Shown here piece after piece: positions 47,376-60,290 of a stretch of 64,000 nucleotides of DNA. Both the position numbers and the translations under genes were made by a program. The notes below the pieces were generated by a model. That model did not search any database. It had not been told where the DNA came from and saw nothing but the letters and a program-made list of their open reading frames with translations. This stretch comes from Camelus ferus (taxonomy: Eukaryota): NCBI RefSeq assembly GCF_009834535.1, contig NC_045708.1, positions 4,030,001 through 4,094,000 of the forward strand, in the 5' to 3' direction. Numbering within the stretch: the first letter of the stretch is position 1; every line of letters begins with the position of its first letter.

Positions 47376-48481
47376 CCACATGGCTTTGGACTCGATTGTT
47401 CTAGCCCATCCTGTGGTCCGTTCCTCAGTAACCTGGACTCCAGGCATGGACTCCACTGTGTACCCTGCCCGACCCTCCGTGCACCTCAGAGCCGGGCCTG
47501 CAGCTTCCCCGCGTTGTCCAGAGACCTCGGCCGAGTGGGCTTGGGTGCCTCTCCGTGGGCTGCCTGGGCTTTCTCACGCCATGGTGGCTGGGTGCCAAGA
47601 ACAAATGTCCCAGCAGGCTCAAGCCTTAAGGCCCTTTTGTGACCTAGCCCTGGAAGTCAAGTGTCAGTGTCATTCCTGCCATGTTGTGTTGGTCCAGTCA
47701 CCATAAATGACATTCCTTAGATTCAAGGGAACACAGACCCTTCCACTTAGTGGGAAGAGTGTCAAAGAATTTGCACATTTTCCAACTGGCCCAAGGGAGT
47801 GCTCCTACTCAGTGCTTGGCATGGAGTGAACGCTCAATCAGTGGTACTGACGGTCATGATCCCAAGAACTCAAGTCAGGCACTACTTACACCCTTCACTG
47901 GAGGATTCCCAAAGCACCAGCCCCATGCTAGGCTAAGTCCCTCCAGGGTTTGAGGACCAAGAACCCGTCTAACCATCTTTTCTTTTATTCCTTGACCACT
48001 AGGGAGCTCAGTGGTAAAGACAGGATTCAAGTGCAGTAACTGCCAGCCAGGTCACATGCTCCTGATCTGGCAAGGGGACTAGGACAGACTGTGGCCTCAC
48101 GAAGCTCTTTTCAGCCTGGCAGTGGCCTCTTCCTTGGGTTCAGGTGGGCTCTGCAGGTGTGAGGAATGTTTCTGAGCTTCACGGCCTCTTCTGGGCTCCT
48201 CTGTTTTATGGGTTCTACCACCCACCCACCCCCGGCCCTGCCAGGTCCAAGGTTCACCCACTGCAGACAGGGATCTCATCACCATTTGGGACCCCACCTT
48301 CAGGAGGAGCAGGGAGTGAGGCAAGGGGCAGAGCACCCAGAGGTGGGGCCGGGAGGCTGCAGCTGGCTCTGGAGCAGGCTACCACTTTGCTCTCCCTGCC
48401 CCATGCACGTGGCCTCAGCCTAGAGGACCCAAGACACGGCCAAAGCAGGATAGAGACGACACCAAGTGTATAGGAAATATT

Positions 48482-48487
48482 TTTATT
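48482..48487 (-). terminator. KLHL21 distal polyadenylation signal (~2.9 kb 3' UTR; tail-to-tail with ZBTB48)
   Basis: TTTATT on + within an AT-rich terminal UTR stretch. Confidence 0.7.
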
Positions 48488-49490
48488 TCAAAAAATACAT
48501 ATTGAAGGCATCCTAAAACCTTAAATGGGATTCTAGACACGTAAGCTTACAGAACAGACAAATAAATATGCAAATCTGCCCCACCGCCTGGGGCTGGAAC
48601 TGGATGCTGGACACTGGGGGCGGGGGGTCCTCCAGTACGGAAGTCTCTGGGGTCATATACAGCACACTTCATACTAGATCAGCATTAAATACTAGTCAGA
48701 GTTTTCATAACTTAATTTGTCCTATAGACTGAAAAAGTTGTGTACACCCAACATGTAGACAGTCTCACCCCAGCTGGCCCGGCCTGTCAGTGCAGACATC
48801 TGTAAGTGATGGGAACTCCACAGCCTGGAACCGGGGCCCACAAGGAGCGGGGAGGGCAGGGCAGGGAGTAGACGTTTCTCAAGGGTCATCCCTGATCCTG
48901 GACCCCCAGGTGGTGCCTGCTGCCTCCCCTTCCCATCTTTGGTCTTTTAAACCAAAGACGGTGGTGGGGACCCGGGCAGTTCTAGAGAGTGAACATCACC
49001 GGCCCCACTAAACCAACCATCACCTGAACAGTCACCAGAGTGGGATGGTCATTTCCACGGTGAAGTACCAAAAATCCAGGGAAGACCAGACAAAGGCCCG
49101 GGCCCAGGCTCCAGCCCTCAGTGCTGACCATAACCACTGCAGGGGGTTATAAAGGCTTATAAATAAGAAAAATATGTTTGCAGCTCCCCTGTCCTAGCAA
49201 AAAAGCTCCCCTCGTGAGTCACTGCCCTTGCCAGAGGCATAGCCACACCCGCCTGGAGGGAGTGGGTGCTCCAGTGACTGCCGCACATGTCTAAGTCCAC
49301 TCCTCTCCCCGTCCTGCCAGGCCCTTCACAGAGACAGCCCAAGGGAAGGAACCTAGAGTCTTTCCCAGGAGATCGAGGTCTACATGCTCCCCAGGGAGGT
49401 CCCCCAGACAAGTGTCCCAGCCGCTATCCAACATCTCCCTGTGTGGCATGTCACACCCACCTGGCAGGGCAGTCTGGCACTGGCTTGGTG

Positions 49491-49514
49491 ATATATATAT
49501 ATATATATATATAT
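49491..49514. repeat. (AT)12 microsatellite in the KLHL21 3' UTR
   Basis: Read directly. Confidence 0.95.
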
Positions 49515-51358
49515 AAAACCAGGGCTCCATGAGTCTCATGCAGCCCTGCCTTGCCGGGCAGGCACCTGCACCAGAAAAAGGCCCCAGTAACCACTGGGAA
49601 GGGAAGTGAGGGCTGCGACTATCCTGGGGGGAGGGGACAGGGAAGCCCCAACTCACTGCGGGAGAACACCAGACCAAGAGGGGTGAAGGCAAAGACTGGG
49701 GGAGGGGTCCCCCAAGGGAACAGAGGGCTGAGCACCCACGCTGGCCAAGGCCTGAGGCAGGAAGTACTGGGGCTCATACCCCGCCCTCCCACTGTGCCTA
49801 CCACATGGGGGCTTGCGAGTGGCCAGCTGAGGCACGACCTAAGACTGAAGGGCCAGCTGTGAGCCGTGGCTGCTCCCGGAGGGGTTGCAGGGCCAGACGG
49901 CAGACTTGACAGCCACAACACCGCACCAGGGCTCACAGTGGGCACACAGGAGGGAAGGCAGGGCCCCGTCCAACAGCCCCAAAGGCCAGGAGGCTTCTGG
50001 CCAATGAAAGGGCTTTAAGTGCCATTTGTGAAGTAGTGAGAAAACTCTCTCCTGGTGAGAGCATGTGGATGAACACTGATCTAACGAGGGAAACGTCACC
50101 GCCCTCCCCTCTGGAAGGGAAAGACAAATTCAAGCAAAGGCTACCTTGGGAACCTTGAGGGGATGAGCCCACCAATCCCCTGAAACGCTCACTCCTCAGA
50201 GAAAACCAGGGACACCTGAGCTACAGGGTTTCCCAGGAGCTCCTGCCACCACCCTCCTGGAGAAGCCAGGCACCTCCACCCCGCAGAACGCTTCAGTGAC
50301 AGGACTGTGACAGATTAAAAATTAAACAAACCAGACCGTTTCGAGGTGTCTCCTTTTAAGGAAAGGCCAAACTACTTTCGAAAACTTGCAACCAACTACT
50401 GAGGCCCCCCTGCCCTGGGCTTCCTTGAGAAGCAACAGGACTCTCCACTTGCAGGCCAGTGAGGGCAAGGGTGTCTGCAGCTGTCTGCCTGGCTGGGCTT
50501 CAGCAACAAAGTCCCAGGGCCTCCCACTGAGCTGTGACCTTGCATTGCAAGCTTCTTCTCCTGCGCTGGCCAGGGAGGAAGGTCCAGGAGACTCCCAGCC
50601 AGCTGGGGACACGTCAGCTGGTTGGTGTGTAGACAGGGACACCCAGCATCTGCCTCAGCCCAGGTCCACTGGGGATAGAACAGTCAGCAGTCCCTGTAGG
50701 CCTCCTCCAAGGCCACACTCCTGTCCTGTCCCACTGCCCTGTGCACCCAGGTCTGAGCTCACCTCCAGAGGTCCACCCACGAGGGGTGTTTTGGTGTGAG
50801 ACCCCAGCAGGGAGGAGGAGCTAGGCAGGTAGAGCCTCTCTCTCCATCTGGGAAGCTGGCCTGCTGGATGTTCAGCACCGGCTGAGGAGCTCGGGACCCC
50901 ACCGCAGTCATCGTCTGCCTAATTCTTGATGCTCCGGACAGCAAGGCCTGCAGGAAGGCAGGCCGAGGCCATCCTCACTCTTCTGGAAGGACCCCTCCCC
51001 CTCCACTCGTACCCCAGAAGTGGCCCTCGTCTCCGGAGGCGGGAGCTAACAGGCACAGGTGGTGGCTGCAGGAGGGGTGTGCGCTGCGTCGGTGAGATGT
51101 GTCAGCAGGGAGGCAGCTCTTCCTAGACCAAGGGAGGGGCATCCACCACCGGCCTTGGCCCCAGTAGCTGTGACTCAGGCTCTAAGCGCACAGAAACTCT
51201 CCAGGTGTCAGATCCTGAGGTTGGCTCAGCTCAGCGGCCCGAGCGCCCATGCTCCATCTGGTGAGCCCAACCTGTCTTTGTGCACGAAGGAAGGGGGTGC
51301 TGCCCCCCAAGAGGTGCCGGGTTACCTGCACCGAGGCCCTCCCGGGGCCAGGCCGGGG

Positions 51359-54300
51359 CTAGTGCAGCTCGATGGGGTTCTGTGGTGGCCGGGGCCGGCC
51401 CACATCCACGTCGCCGCCGCCACTGTCCAGCTCAAAGCCGCGCCCACCCGAGGGCGTCTGGGGCATGAACTGGCGGAAGATGCTGACGCTGCCGTGCCAG
51501 AAGGTGGGCTCTGGGAGCCGTCCCACCACGCTCCACGCCCGCGTCTCTGGGTCGTAGGCCTCCACCATGTCGGAGAGTTCAAACGTATTGTCGTACCCCC
51601 CAGAGACGTAGAGCTTCCCTCCGAGGACGGCCAGGCTGCCCCCTACATGCATCTGTGGGCCAAGGGGGACGGTGAGTGGAGGCTGGCAGCCAGGGCAGGA
51701 GAGAGCCCTCACATCCCTCTCCGTGGGGGAGGTGTCGGGGGCCCTTGGGGGGCGGCCTTGACGCTTCCCAGAGTGATGCTGGGAGCTGTCCTCTGCACAC
51801 GTCCCAGGACAGGCCGGTGCCCTTCCCACACCCCAGCTAAGACAGGGATCCACGCCCAGGGTCACGGGCTGCCGAGGCAGAGGTGTCCCACGAGCAGCAT
51901 CAGCCCGGTAAGGCCAGCATGACTGCTCTCCCATCTTACAGATGGGAAAACTGAGCCTTGTATAGCCAACAGTGGCAGAGCTGAGACTCGATCCAAAGTC
52001 TGGGCTCTGAACCACAAGGCTGGACTAGTCCATCTTTCCCAAAATTGCTATAATGAGTACGTGTAGCTCATTATGGGGAAAAACATGAAGATACATTTCC
52101 TAAATGTAAAGATGTTAAGTAAACCGTAATATTATAAATTTTGACCTTTGCCACACAGAGGTATCGTAAGAGCAGGTTTGGAAATTTTAATTTTTGTTTG
52201 CTTGTTTTTGTATTTTTAGGGGGGTAATTAGATTTATTTGTTTATTTTTAGAGGAAGTACTGGGAATTGAACCCAGGACCTCGTGCATGCCAAGCATGTG
52301 CTCTACCACTTGAGCTACACCCTCCCCCAAGGTTTGGTAATTTTTAAGGAAGACAGAAAAAGAAACAGGCAGGTGTAGATGTGTATCTGGGACCAAGGAG
52401 ATTGGCCATATGAACAAAGGCCACTGACCTTCCTGGCCCCATCACACTGTCAAGCTCAGTATCCTCTTCTCAAACAGGCAGAGAAGAGGAGAAACCCTGT
52501 TAGGCAGCAGCAGTGTGGGGGTTCTGTTCAGAGCACGCAGCATTTGTTCAATAAATGCATTCCCAAAGTCAGTGCCCAAAGACCGCGTCCCCTTTATTGT
52601 CCCCCTTGTTCACTCTGCTCCAGCCACACTATGCAGAGGGCTTACTCCATGGACACACCAGGCCCACCCTGCCCCAGGGCCTTTGGACTTGCTGTCCCTC
52701 TGTGGATTACTCTTCCTCAGCAAGCTCTCGGGCTCATAACAGGTACTCAATGAACACCGGTCTGAATGGATGAACTCACTAAGCCATGTGACCCTGGCAT
52801 CTTATTTAAGGTCTCAGTTTGATCAGTGAGACAATACCGGGAAAGGGCCCAACACAAGCCCTGCTCACCAGGACTGTCTCTGAAGCTCTTATGCTGACAC
52901 TCTGGTTGGAACCCAGGACCAGCCTGTGCTCCCAAGGCTGAGATGTCTGTGGATTTACCTGATTCATGGATGGGATCTTATCCCATTCGTTCTTGGTGGG
53001 GTTATACACGTCCACCTCAGCGGAGTCGTCCCTGTGAAGGGGAAGGGGGGGAAAGGGGTCAGAGGGAGTAGAAGCACCAGGGGTGTGAAGGGCTAGAGAA
53101 GGTTCCTCCAGGCCCACGTCCTTTAGGGACTTCTGGGATGCTATCTGGCAGCCCACTGGCCAGGGGGACCCGATCCCTGGTTCATGGGGGCTGATTTCAG
53201 GCTCCCACACCTCCTGGCCTCAGCGCTGAGGCCAGGGCCCAGCCTTGCTCTGCACATCCAAAGGTCATGCCCTTGGCTTCCACAGCCCAGCATCAACGCT
53301 GCTGCTGCCCCTCCCCAAGCTTGCTTGCGATCTTGAAATTATCATGGCCCTTCCTTACCAGTCTCCTACTCACCCCTCCAGTGTGGACTTGTGCCACCTC
53401 TTCAGGACAGCCTTCCCCGGCTGACCAGCTGAGGCCAGGCCTCCCGCCCCACTGCACACCCCAGCGTGCCCTGGACCATGCCTCCTCAGCCACTGCCCTC
53501 CCCACCACTGTCAGCCGCCCAATCCCATCCTGTTCACTGCTGCATCCTCTGTGTCCCACAGCAAGACCACAATGACAGGGCTGAGGACGCCACCACCACC
53601 CTTCCCCTTGGAGTCTGGACCCTTCAATCTTGTTTGACACGCTCCTGATCCCTGCAATAAAAGGTTCAAAGGCACGGCTTTGCAAAACAAAGACACTACC
53701 CCCAAAATAGTGGTAGCAGTAACAGTCAGGATGCTCACAGGTCAGCAGAAGAACCAGAGACTAAATAGTTTAGGTTCCCTACACTGCCGCTGAGACCAAA
53801 AGCAGCCACAGACATATCAACAAAGTAGCTGGTTGTATTCCAATAAAACCTTGTTCAGAGACACAAATTTGAATTTCACATAACTTCTCACATGTTACCA
53901 AATACCACTCTCACTCTAATTTTTTTCCTCCAATCATTTCAGAACGTAAAGACCATTCTTAGTTCGTGGCCCATATGACGATGATAATTACCATGGAAAC
54001 CCACTGGGCTGTCCCCCCACCCACCGCTGCCCCCTCCCCACTGCAGAGACATAGACGGTGCCAGAAGTGGCTGGGCTGGACAGTGCTCTCAGCTACTGCC
54101 TCTGCAGGGCCCGAGACACCAAAGCCCAGAAGCCGGGTTAAACGGAGACCAAGGCAGAGCACTGTTGGGTGAGGAGGAAGAGCTGGTAACTGCTCACGGC
54201 CTAGGATAGCCAGCAGTCGGCGGGCTGAGGCCTCCACGCAGCGTGGGATGCCTCCCTGTTACTATGGCACCTTCTGGACAGGAGCTACCACGGCAGGGGG

Positions 54301-57300
54301 CGTTCTGAGCATGGGTTTTGTGTGCGAGGCGCCAAAGTGCGAGAACAGGGTGGCTCTGGGACACACACGCTCAAGTGCATGAGACCTGGGCCCTCGCTCC
54401 TCACTTGGAGGACAAATGGATTGCCTTTACCGATGCTCACTCTCGGCCAGGTTTGGTGGTGGTGGCGGTGGCGGTGGTGGTGGTGGAGGGAGTGAACAGA
54501 GTCGAGCCTGCCTTCCCTGACCCCTCATGGCTCAGGAGAACCTGTATGAAAGCTAACAGTGGGCCTGGGGGGCACCCTAATGTTTGCACGTGGGGCGTTT
54601 TAGCAACAGACCAGTGACTAAGACCAGGAGGAGGAAGGCATCGGGGCCTTCTGTCCACAGACCAGTCCTTGGGCAAGTCCTGCTGTAAGACCCTGGTGGG
54701 GAAGGACATTCTCAAAGGCGCTCAGCCTGGAACTACCATGAGGAGGTGAAGCCAAGGTCCTGCACTCTGATATGTTGTATTTATAGCAAAGAGGTCTCCA
54801 CCCCCTCTTTGAAGGCATTACCACAACTTGGGGGAGGGAGAGCTGGGCAAAGGGTCAGATGAGGTTTTATAACAGGACCAGGAGCTGGTTGGAATTCTGG
54901 GGCTTTCTCAGAGCAGACCTGAGCAGACCATAGCTTTCTGGGACACGGTGAGGCCTGGCCCCCTGGCCACTTGCACAAGTTACACCGAGAAGCTGAGAAG
55001 CAGTATCCTCGTCCTCTGAGGTTCTCAATTCAAAGCCCCAGACAGAAAGGGGATGGCCATTCACACCCTGCCCTTCCCTCCTGGTCCTGCAGCTTCAGGC
55101 AGGCTCTAGGCCAGGGAGGGGAGCAGCAGGTATACACAACCACCTGTGTACGTGCACACGTGTACGCGTGCACAGCAGCTGTGCGTGGCAGGCAGGGAGC
55201 ACTCAGTTCCTTCGATGCCCACTGGCCCATCAGGAGGGGGCACTTGGCTGTGACAAGTCATCAAGGCCCACGGACGCATGGTGACCACACCTGGGACCTG
55301 GGATGGGTGTCCTCAATTCAAACCCTGTGCTACCACTTAGAGCCTCTGGCTGTGAGCAAGTCCCTGACCCCTCCAAGCGTCGGTTCTTCCCTCTGTGAAA
55401 TGGGGACAGTGGTGCCCATCTCATTAGACAATCATGGGGATCAACTGTGAAAATGCCCGAGGCAGGCAGCCCAGAGCTTGGCACATCCGAGGCCTCAACA
55501 CTCACTAAGTACTGTCGTTGTCTCCACAGGCAGCTCCAGGTTTGTTCAACGTCAGGCCCCTCCCTGGTCCAGAGGGGCTGTGGCATCCCTGGACAAGCGT
55601 TCTTCCAACAAGACTCACGGGCCCTCCCTGCGCCAGGCCAGGCGGGAAGGGAACAGACAGAGCCCGGGGAACACTGAGCACGCAAGTGCTGCTCTTTCTG
55701 CAGAGGGGGCGGGGCCGGCCCTCCACCTGGCACCGCCGGACACTGAGCTAGCCCACAAAGGGTCCCTCTGTCAAGGCCACCCCTCCTGCAAAGACTCAAG
55801 TGTCCAGAAAGCTCTCCTCTGCTCTTTTCTCTGGTTTTTGTGAATGCCACATGAGACCAAGCAGCGCTTTTTAGTGGGACCCCTTGGGTGCAGTCCAGCC
55901 AAAGACACACAATTGATTCAGCTTCTGTGAATCTCAAAAAGGTCTCTGAGAGGACCCAGCTCCCTCACACCTAGGGTCCCTAGAAGCCCACAGAAACAGC
56001 TCTAAGAAATGGGGATAGAACAAGGATTCAGGTCAGAAAAGACCCAGCCTCACATCCCAGCGGGACCCCAGTTTCCTCATCTGTGAAATGGGGAGAACAG
56101 AGATCATGTACTTAGCACAGGGTTAAAAACAAAAAGATCACACAGGTGGCCTTGGCCCAGGGGACTCACCTGATGAAGTACATGAGTCCGTTCAGAGTTA
56201 CTGTCTTGGGGGCAAAGGACCAGGTTGGGAGCTGCCCGCAGTCCACCAGCGACCAGAGGTCCGTGTCCGGGTGGTAACACTGCATCACCATGGTCTCCTT
56301 GCCGGCCAGGGAGCCAATGGCATAGAGCCGGCCGCGGCAGGCGGTGGTGGAGCAGTTGTCCATGGGGTAGGTCATGGGCTGCAGGGCCTCCCAGGAGTCG
56401 GTGGTGTGGTCGTAGCGCTCTGTGCTGTCAGCGGCCACCACATATAGCAGCCCGTCCAGCACGGATGAGCTGTGGTACTCCCGGGCCTTCAGCATGGGTG
56501 CCACCTCCGTCCACTCGTTCACGCTCGAGTTGTACCTCCACACGCAGTCGTAGAGCCGGGAGCCGTCGGACCCGCCTGCCGGGCGCAGAGTGGGCAGTCA
56601 GCCCTGGCCGCTCAGGGTGAGTCACGGCCTGTGACTCCCTGAACGTCTGAGGTAGCCTCCCGGGGAAGGGGGGAGTGACCCTCAGCTGGCTCCACATAAA
56701 CACATATCCTCTCTCAGCAAAGCCCAGGCCAAAGGCTCCATGCTGCAGCCAAGGCCACGCACATGCTGACCCCTGCCCAGGAGGATGGCCAAGCTCCATC
56801 AAAATGCCACCAAATCTCTGCAGGCCACGCCAAGGCCTGGGGGCTGCAATTCTCAGTAAACAGCAACCTTAGTCAGGACCTCCCCAGCCCCGACTCGGTC
56901 AAACACTTCAACTGGACCAGGACCTTGGATCTTCAGAGACCATTATCCTGGGGAGCCACAAAGCATGTGGGTGGGGCAGAGGGGACTCGTTCACCAAATT
57001 CTAGGCTTCTTGGGCATCCCCTAACCAAGGCTGTGCCAGATGAGTTGAGAAGAAGAAACCTGTCACGTTGCAAGCAAGAAATCTAACGCACAATCAACTG
57101 TGTTTCAATAAAAGAAAAAAATTCTAGCACAGAGAGTAATGCTAGGGTGGACCCCTGGGGCTCTATTTCCTGATTCAGGTGCAGGTTGCTGCACATATGT
57201 TTTGTTTGGAAAAAGGGCTTGATGGCTTTTGAAAAATTAAAAAAAATTTTTTTAGAAAAGGGCTTAAAACAAAACACCCCAGTGGTGCTAGCTGTAACCA

Positions 57301-59768
57301 TGAATTAAGCCAGGTCTACAAAGGACATTAGAATTCCCAGTGTGAAAGGACCCCAAGAACCCCAGGGACTGCGTTTCCCTATGGCCCCAAGACAGGGCAC
57401 AGCAGGCTATCTGGCTCACAGCCCTGAGCTTTTCGAGGGAAAAGACAGTCCTGGTAAAGTCCTCTCTGGTGCCTTCTTCCTTCTAAAGGAGAACTGTGTC
57501 AAAGGCAGCTGAAGCCACTTGCTTGCCCCCATGAAATTCCCTACAGGCAGCTGCAGGGAATGGCCCAGGCACCCGCCTAAACCCAAAGGATTAGCTGCTC
57601 AGCTGAGACATTTATGGAAGGGCGTGCAAAGTTGGGGCGAGTCTGACCAGTCCTGGGAGTTCACTGCCCAGACTGGGGGGGGGGGCAGGGAACGGGACGG
57701 TTTCCAAACAACATGGGGCCAACCTCAGATTGGAAAGGCACTGGTTCTGGCATATTCTTGCAGAGGCTAGAACTGGAGCTGCAGGCCAAGGAAGCTGTGG
57801 TCACAGGGCCAAGTGTGTCCTCAGGCTGGGAAGCACCCCACAGAACACTTGGAGAGTATCTTGGAGCTGCCTTTCTCCTGAACGTACCAGGCTGGACGCA
57901 AGACTGATGGCCCAGCCCAGCCCGAGCCTCCCTGACCGGTCCAGCCCTCTGCAGGCTGAGTGAACGCTCTGCCGGGTTCTTTCCTTATATAGCCGTCATA
58001 CAGACCGCCCTTCCTCACCCCACGCAAGGAGGCAACCTCATGCTTAAACCGGGGTTTAAATTGAATAAAAAATGTGGGAGATGCCCAGGATTGGGGCCGG
58101 CTGGGACCCGCCCAGCATGACTCAGCAGTGTTTTGGGGTTGGGCCAAGTAACTGGGAGAAAACCTCTTAGCATGTGACTATGTTTACAGTCGCTGGGCTG
58201 GGAGCAGCCTAAACACCATGTGACCCACAGCACACGCACGGCTTAGGTGTAAAGCCCAAGGGAACCTCGTCACTGGGGACAAAATGAGTGAGTCAGGAGA
58301 CTCGTGCTGATGAGCCGTGAACTCCCCGGGGTGGGGGAGAATGGATGTACCACAGGGCTTCGGTTCCTGGCCTGTCCTCGGATCCCTTAGGGAGAAAAGA
58401 AAGCACTCATTGTTCAGGGTAACTGTCCCAGTATCTTCCAGCCAAATGGGGGCACCTCCCGGGCAAAGAAGGGGCTACCCAGGCAGGCCCTGCTGCACAG
58501 GGAAGAGACCCACAAACAGCTACTTGTTCCCACTCACACAGAGGACTCAGAAGTTCTTCTAAGTCTTAAGTATCAATCCTAGAAACGTGTCTGTGTCTGC
58601 CAATCTGGGGAGGGGTAAGGGCAGTGGCCGTTGGCACCCAGATGCGGTCCCGGGATTCCAGATTCTCCTGCAGGTGGGTGTGCTCACCCAGGGGCGCGGA
58701 GGGCTCGCCGGCCCAGGGTCCTCCTGGCCAGCCCCCAGCCCACTCACCTGTCACGTAGATGTCGTTGCCCAGCGCCACGATGCTGTAGCCCCCGCCCAGG
58801 TGGTTGGGGAACTCGGCCAGGTAGCGCCACTGGCCCGTCTGCGGGTTGTAGCAGTCGACGGTGACCAACTCGTCACAGTCCTGGTCACAGCCGCCCACTA
58901 GAACGAGGATCTCGGCGAGGCCAGTGGAGGGGCGCGGGCGCATCCGGGGGCAGGGCCCGCGATCGTGACGGTCGTAGCGCGCCGCCTGGAAGTCGCGCGC
59001 CTCGCGCACCAGGCGCANNNNNNNNNNNNNNNNNNNNNNNNNNNNNNNNNNNNNNNNNNNNNNNNNNNNNNNNNNNNNNNNNNNNNNNNNNNNNNNNNNN
59101 NNNNNNNNNNNNNNNNNNNNNNNNNNNNNNNNNNNNNNNNNNNNNNNNNNNNNNNNNCGCAGCGCTAGCTGGTAGGCGGCCTCCTCCTTGGGCACGCACA
59201 GCCCGTCGTCGCGCAGGTAGCGCAGCAGCCTCGCCAGCGGCAGCCGCTCCAGCTGCTCCGCGCCCAGCTCGCCCACGTGGCGCAAGATGAAGCGCTGAGC
59301 GGCGCTCGCCAGCCCCGCGCAGCTGAAGGCCTCGGCAAAGTCCTGCATGTCCAGGCAGTTGGTCAGGTCGAGCTGCTGCTGCAGGAAGGCGCCGCACGCC
59401 TCCTTCACGGCCGGGAACTGCAGCAGGTCGGCTGCGCGCAGCAGCGGCTCGGCGTTGTCGCCGCTCACCGCCACGCGGCCGGTATAGCTGAAGTCGAGGA
59501 GCAGCTGCAGCATGTCGGGAGGCACGCCGTGCAGGCGTACCCGCTCGGCGCGGCTCTCGCGCAGCTGCCCGGCGAACATGGCGCGGAAGTAGGGGCTGGC
59601 GGCCGCCAGCACGGCGCGGTGCGCCGGAAAGTCGCGCCCGCCCGCCGCCTCCAGGGTCACATCCAAGAACTTGCGCTCGGCGCGGAGCTGGCTCAGGCCG
59701 CGCAGCAAGCTCAGCGCGTGCGCGGGGTCCGAGAAGGGCAGCACCGCCAGGGGCGCCGGCCGCTCCAT
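51359..59768 (-). CDS. KLHL21: Kelch-like protein 21 (CUL3 adaptor; BTB-BACK-Kelch), 4 exons, 597 aa
   Basis: complement join: 58748-59768 (contains a 140-N gap), 56170-56575, 52959-53031, 51359-51652 (1794 nt). Starts [24 protein letters not shown] and has Kelch repeats; ends PPQNPIELH*. Splice sites are GT-AG. Confidence 0.96.
52189..52329 (-). mobile_element. tRNA-Ala-derived SINE in KLHL21 intron 3 (sense)
   Basis: Reverse-complement head and tail; 15-bp TSD AGGTTTGG(A/T)AATTTT at 52174-52188 and 52330-52344. Confidence 0.9.
53750..53980. mobile_element. MER58-like hAT-Charlie MITE
   Basis: AAAAGCAGCCACAGACA...TGTATTCCAATAAAAC...TTTGAATTTCACATAA...ACCATTCTTAG motifs. Confidence 0.6.
58117..58127 (+). 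promoter_or_regulatory. NRF2/small-Maf antioxidant response element in KLHL21 intron 1
   Basis: Exact ATGACTCAGCA consensus. Confidence 0.55.
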
Positions 59769-60290
59769 GACGCCTTCGCCGCGGGGCGCGGGGCCGCTAT
59801 GCGCGTCGCTCGGGGACGCCGCCGCCGGGGCCTGCGGGAAAGACGCTGCGAGCTGGACGCCGCCGCTATAAATACGGCGGGGCGCAGCCCGCCTCTCTAG
59901 GGTAGGGTCGGGAGGGGGCGGGGCGCCGAGGGAACCGCCCACTTAACCCCTCCGGGCCCGGCACCGCCACCCCCCGCCGCCTAGCCCGGCGCGCTGACTC
60001 GCCTCGCCTCGCGCTCTCCCGCCCCCGCGCTCCAGGCTGAGTCACCGCCGCCCGCGCCCGCTCTCTCTCTCCGCCCTTCCGAGGCTTCCTGCGGCCTCCC
60101 GCCGACGCCCGAGTGAGGACACTAGGTGACAAGTGTCCTCTCCTAGGGGCGGCTGGGATCTGGGACCTCCAGCGCCTGCCCACCCCTCTCTTGGGCCCGG
60201 CTGCTGTACAAAGCCCGGTAGGGACGAGCGAAGCCACCCCTTTCGCGCCAGACTTCCCAACTGCTCCAGGGCGGCTCGGTACAATGGCCT
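58700..60290 (-). promoter_or_regulatory. KLHL21 CpG island and promoter
   Basis: CpG-dense over exon 1. TATA/MEF2-like CTATAAATAC 59866-59875, GC boxes, AP-1/ARE core GCTGAGTCAC 60036-60045. Confidence 0.75.
59018..59157. other. Assembly gap (140 N) inside KLHL21 exon 1
   Basis: Run of N; the reading frame is preserved across it. Confidence 1.

Noticed and set aside
39000-48000. Telomeric TTAGGG arrays near the TZAP gene (autoregulation idea)
   Set aside because: No tandem TTAGGG/CCCTAA arrays were seen.
9194-52329. tRNA-Ala(AGC)-like sequences as real tRNA genes
   Set aside because: They have mismatched stems, SINE tails and target-site duplications, so they are retroposed copies.
34928-59900. 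Antisense ORFs over TAS1R1 exon 3 (34928..35767), ZBTB48 (45868..46578) and KLHL21 (51059..51922, 59277..59900)
   Set aside because: Shadows of GC3-rich coding exons with no independent support.
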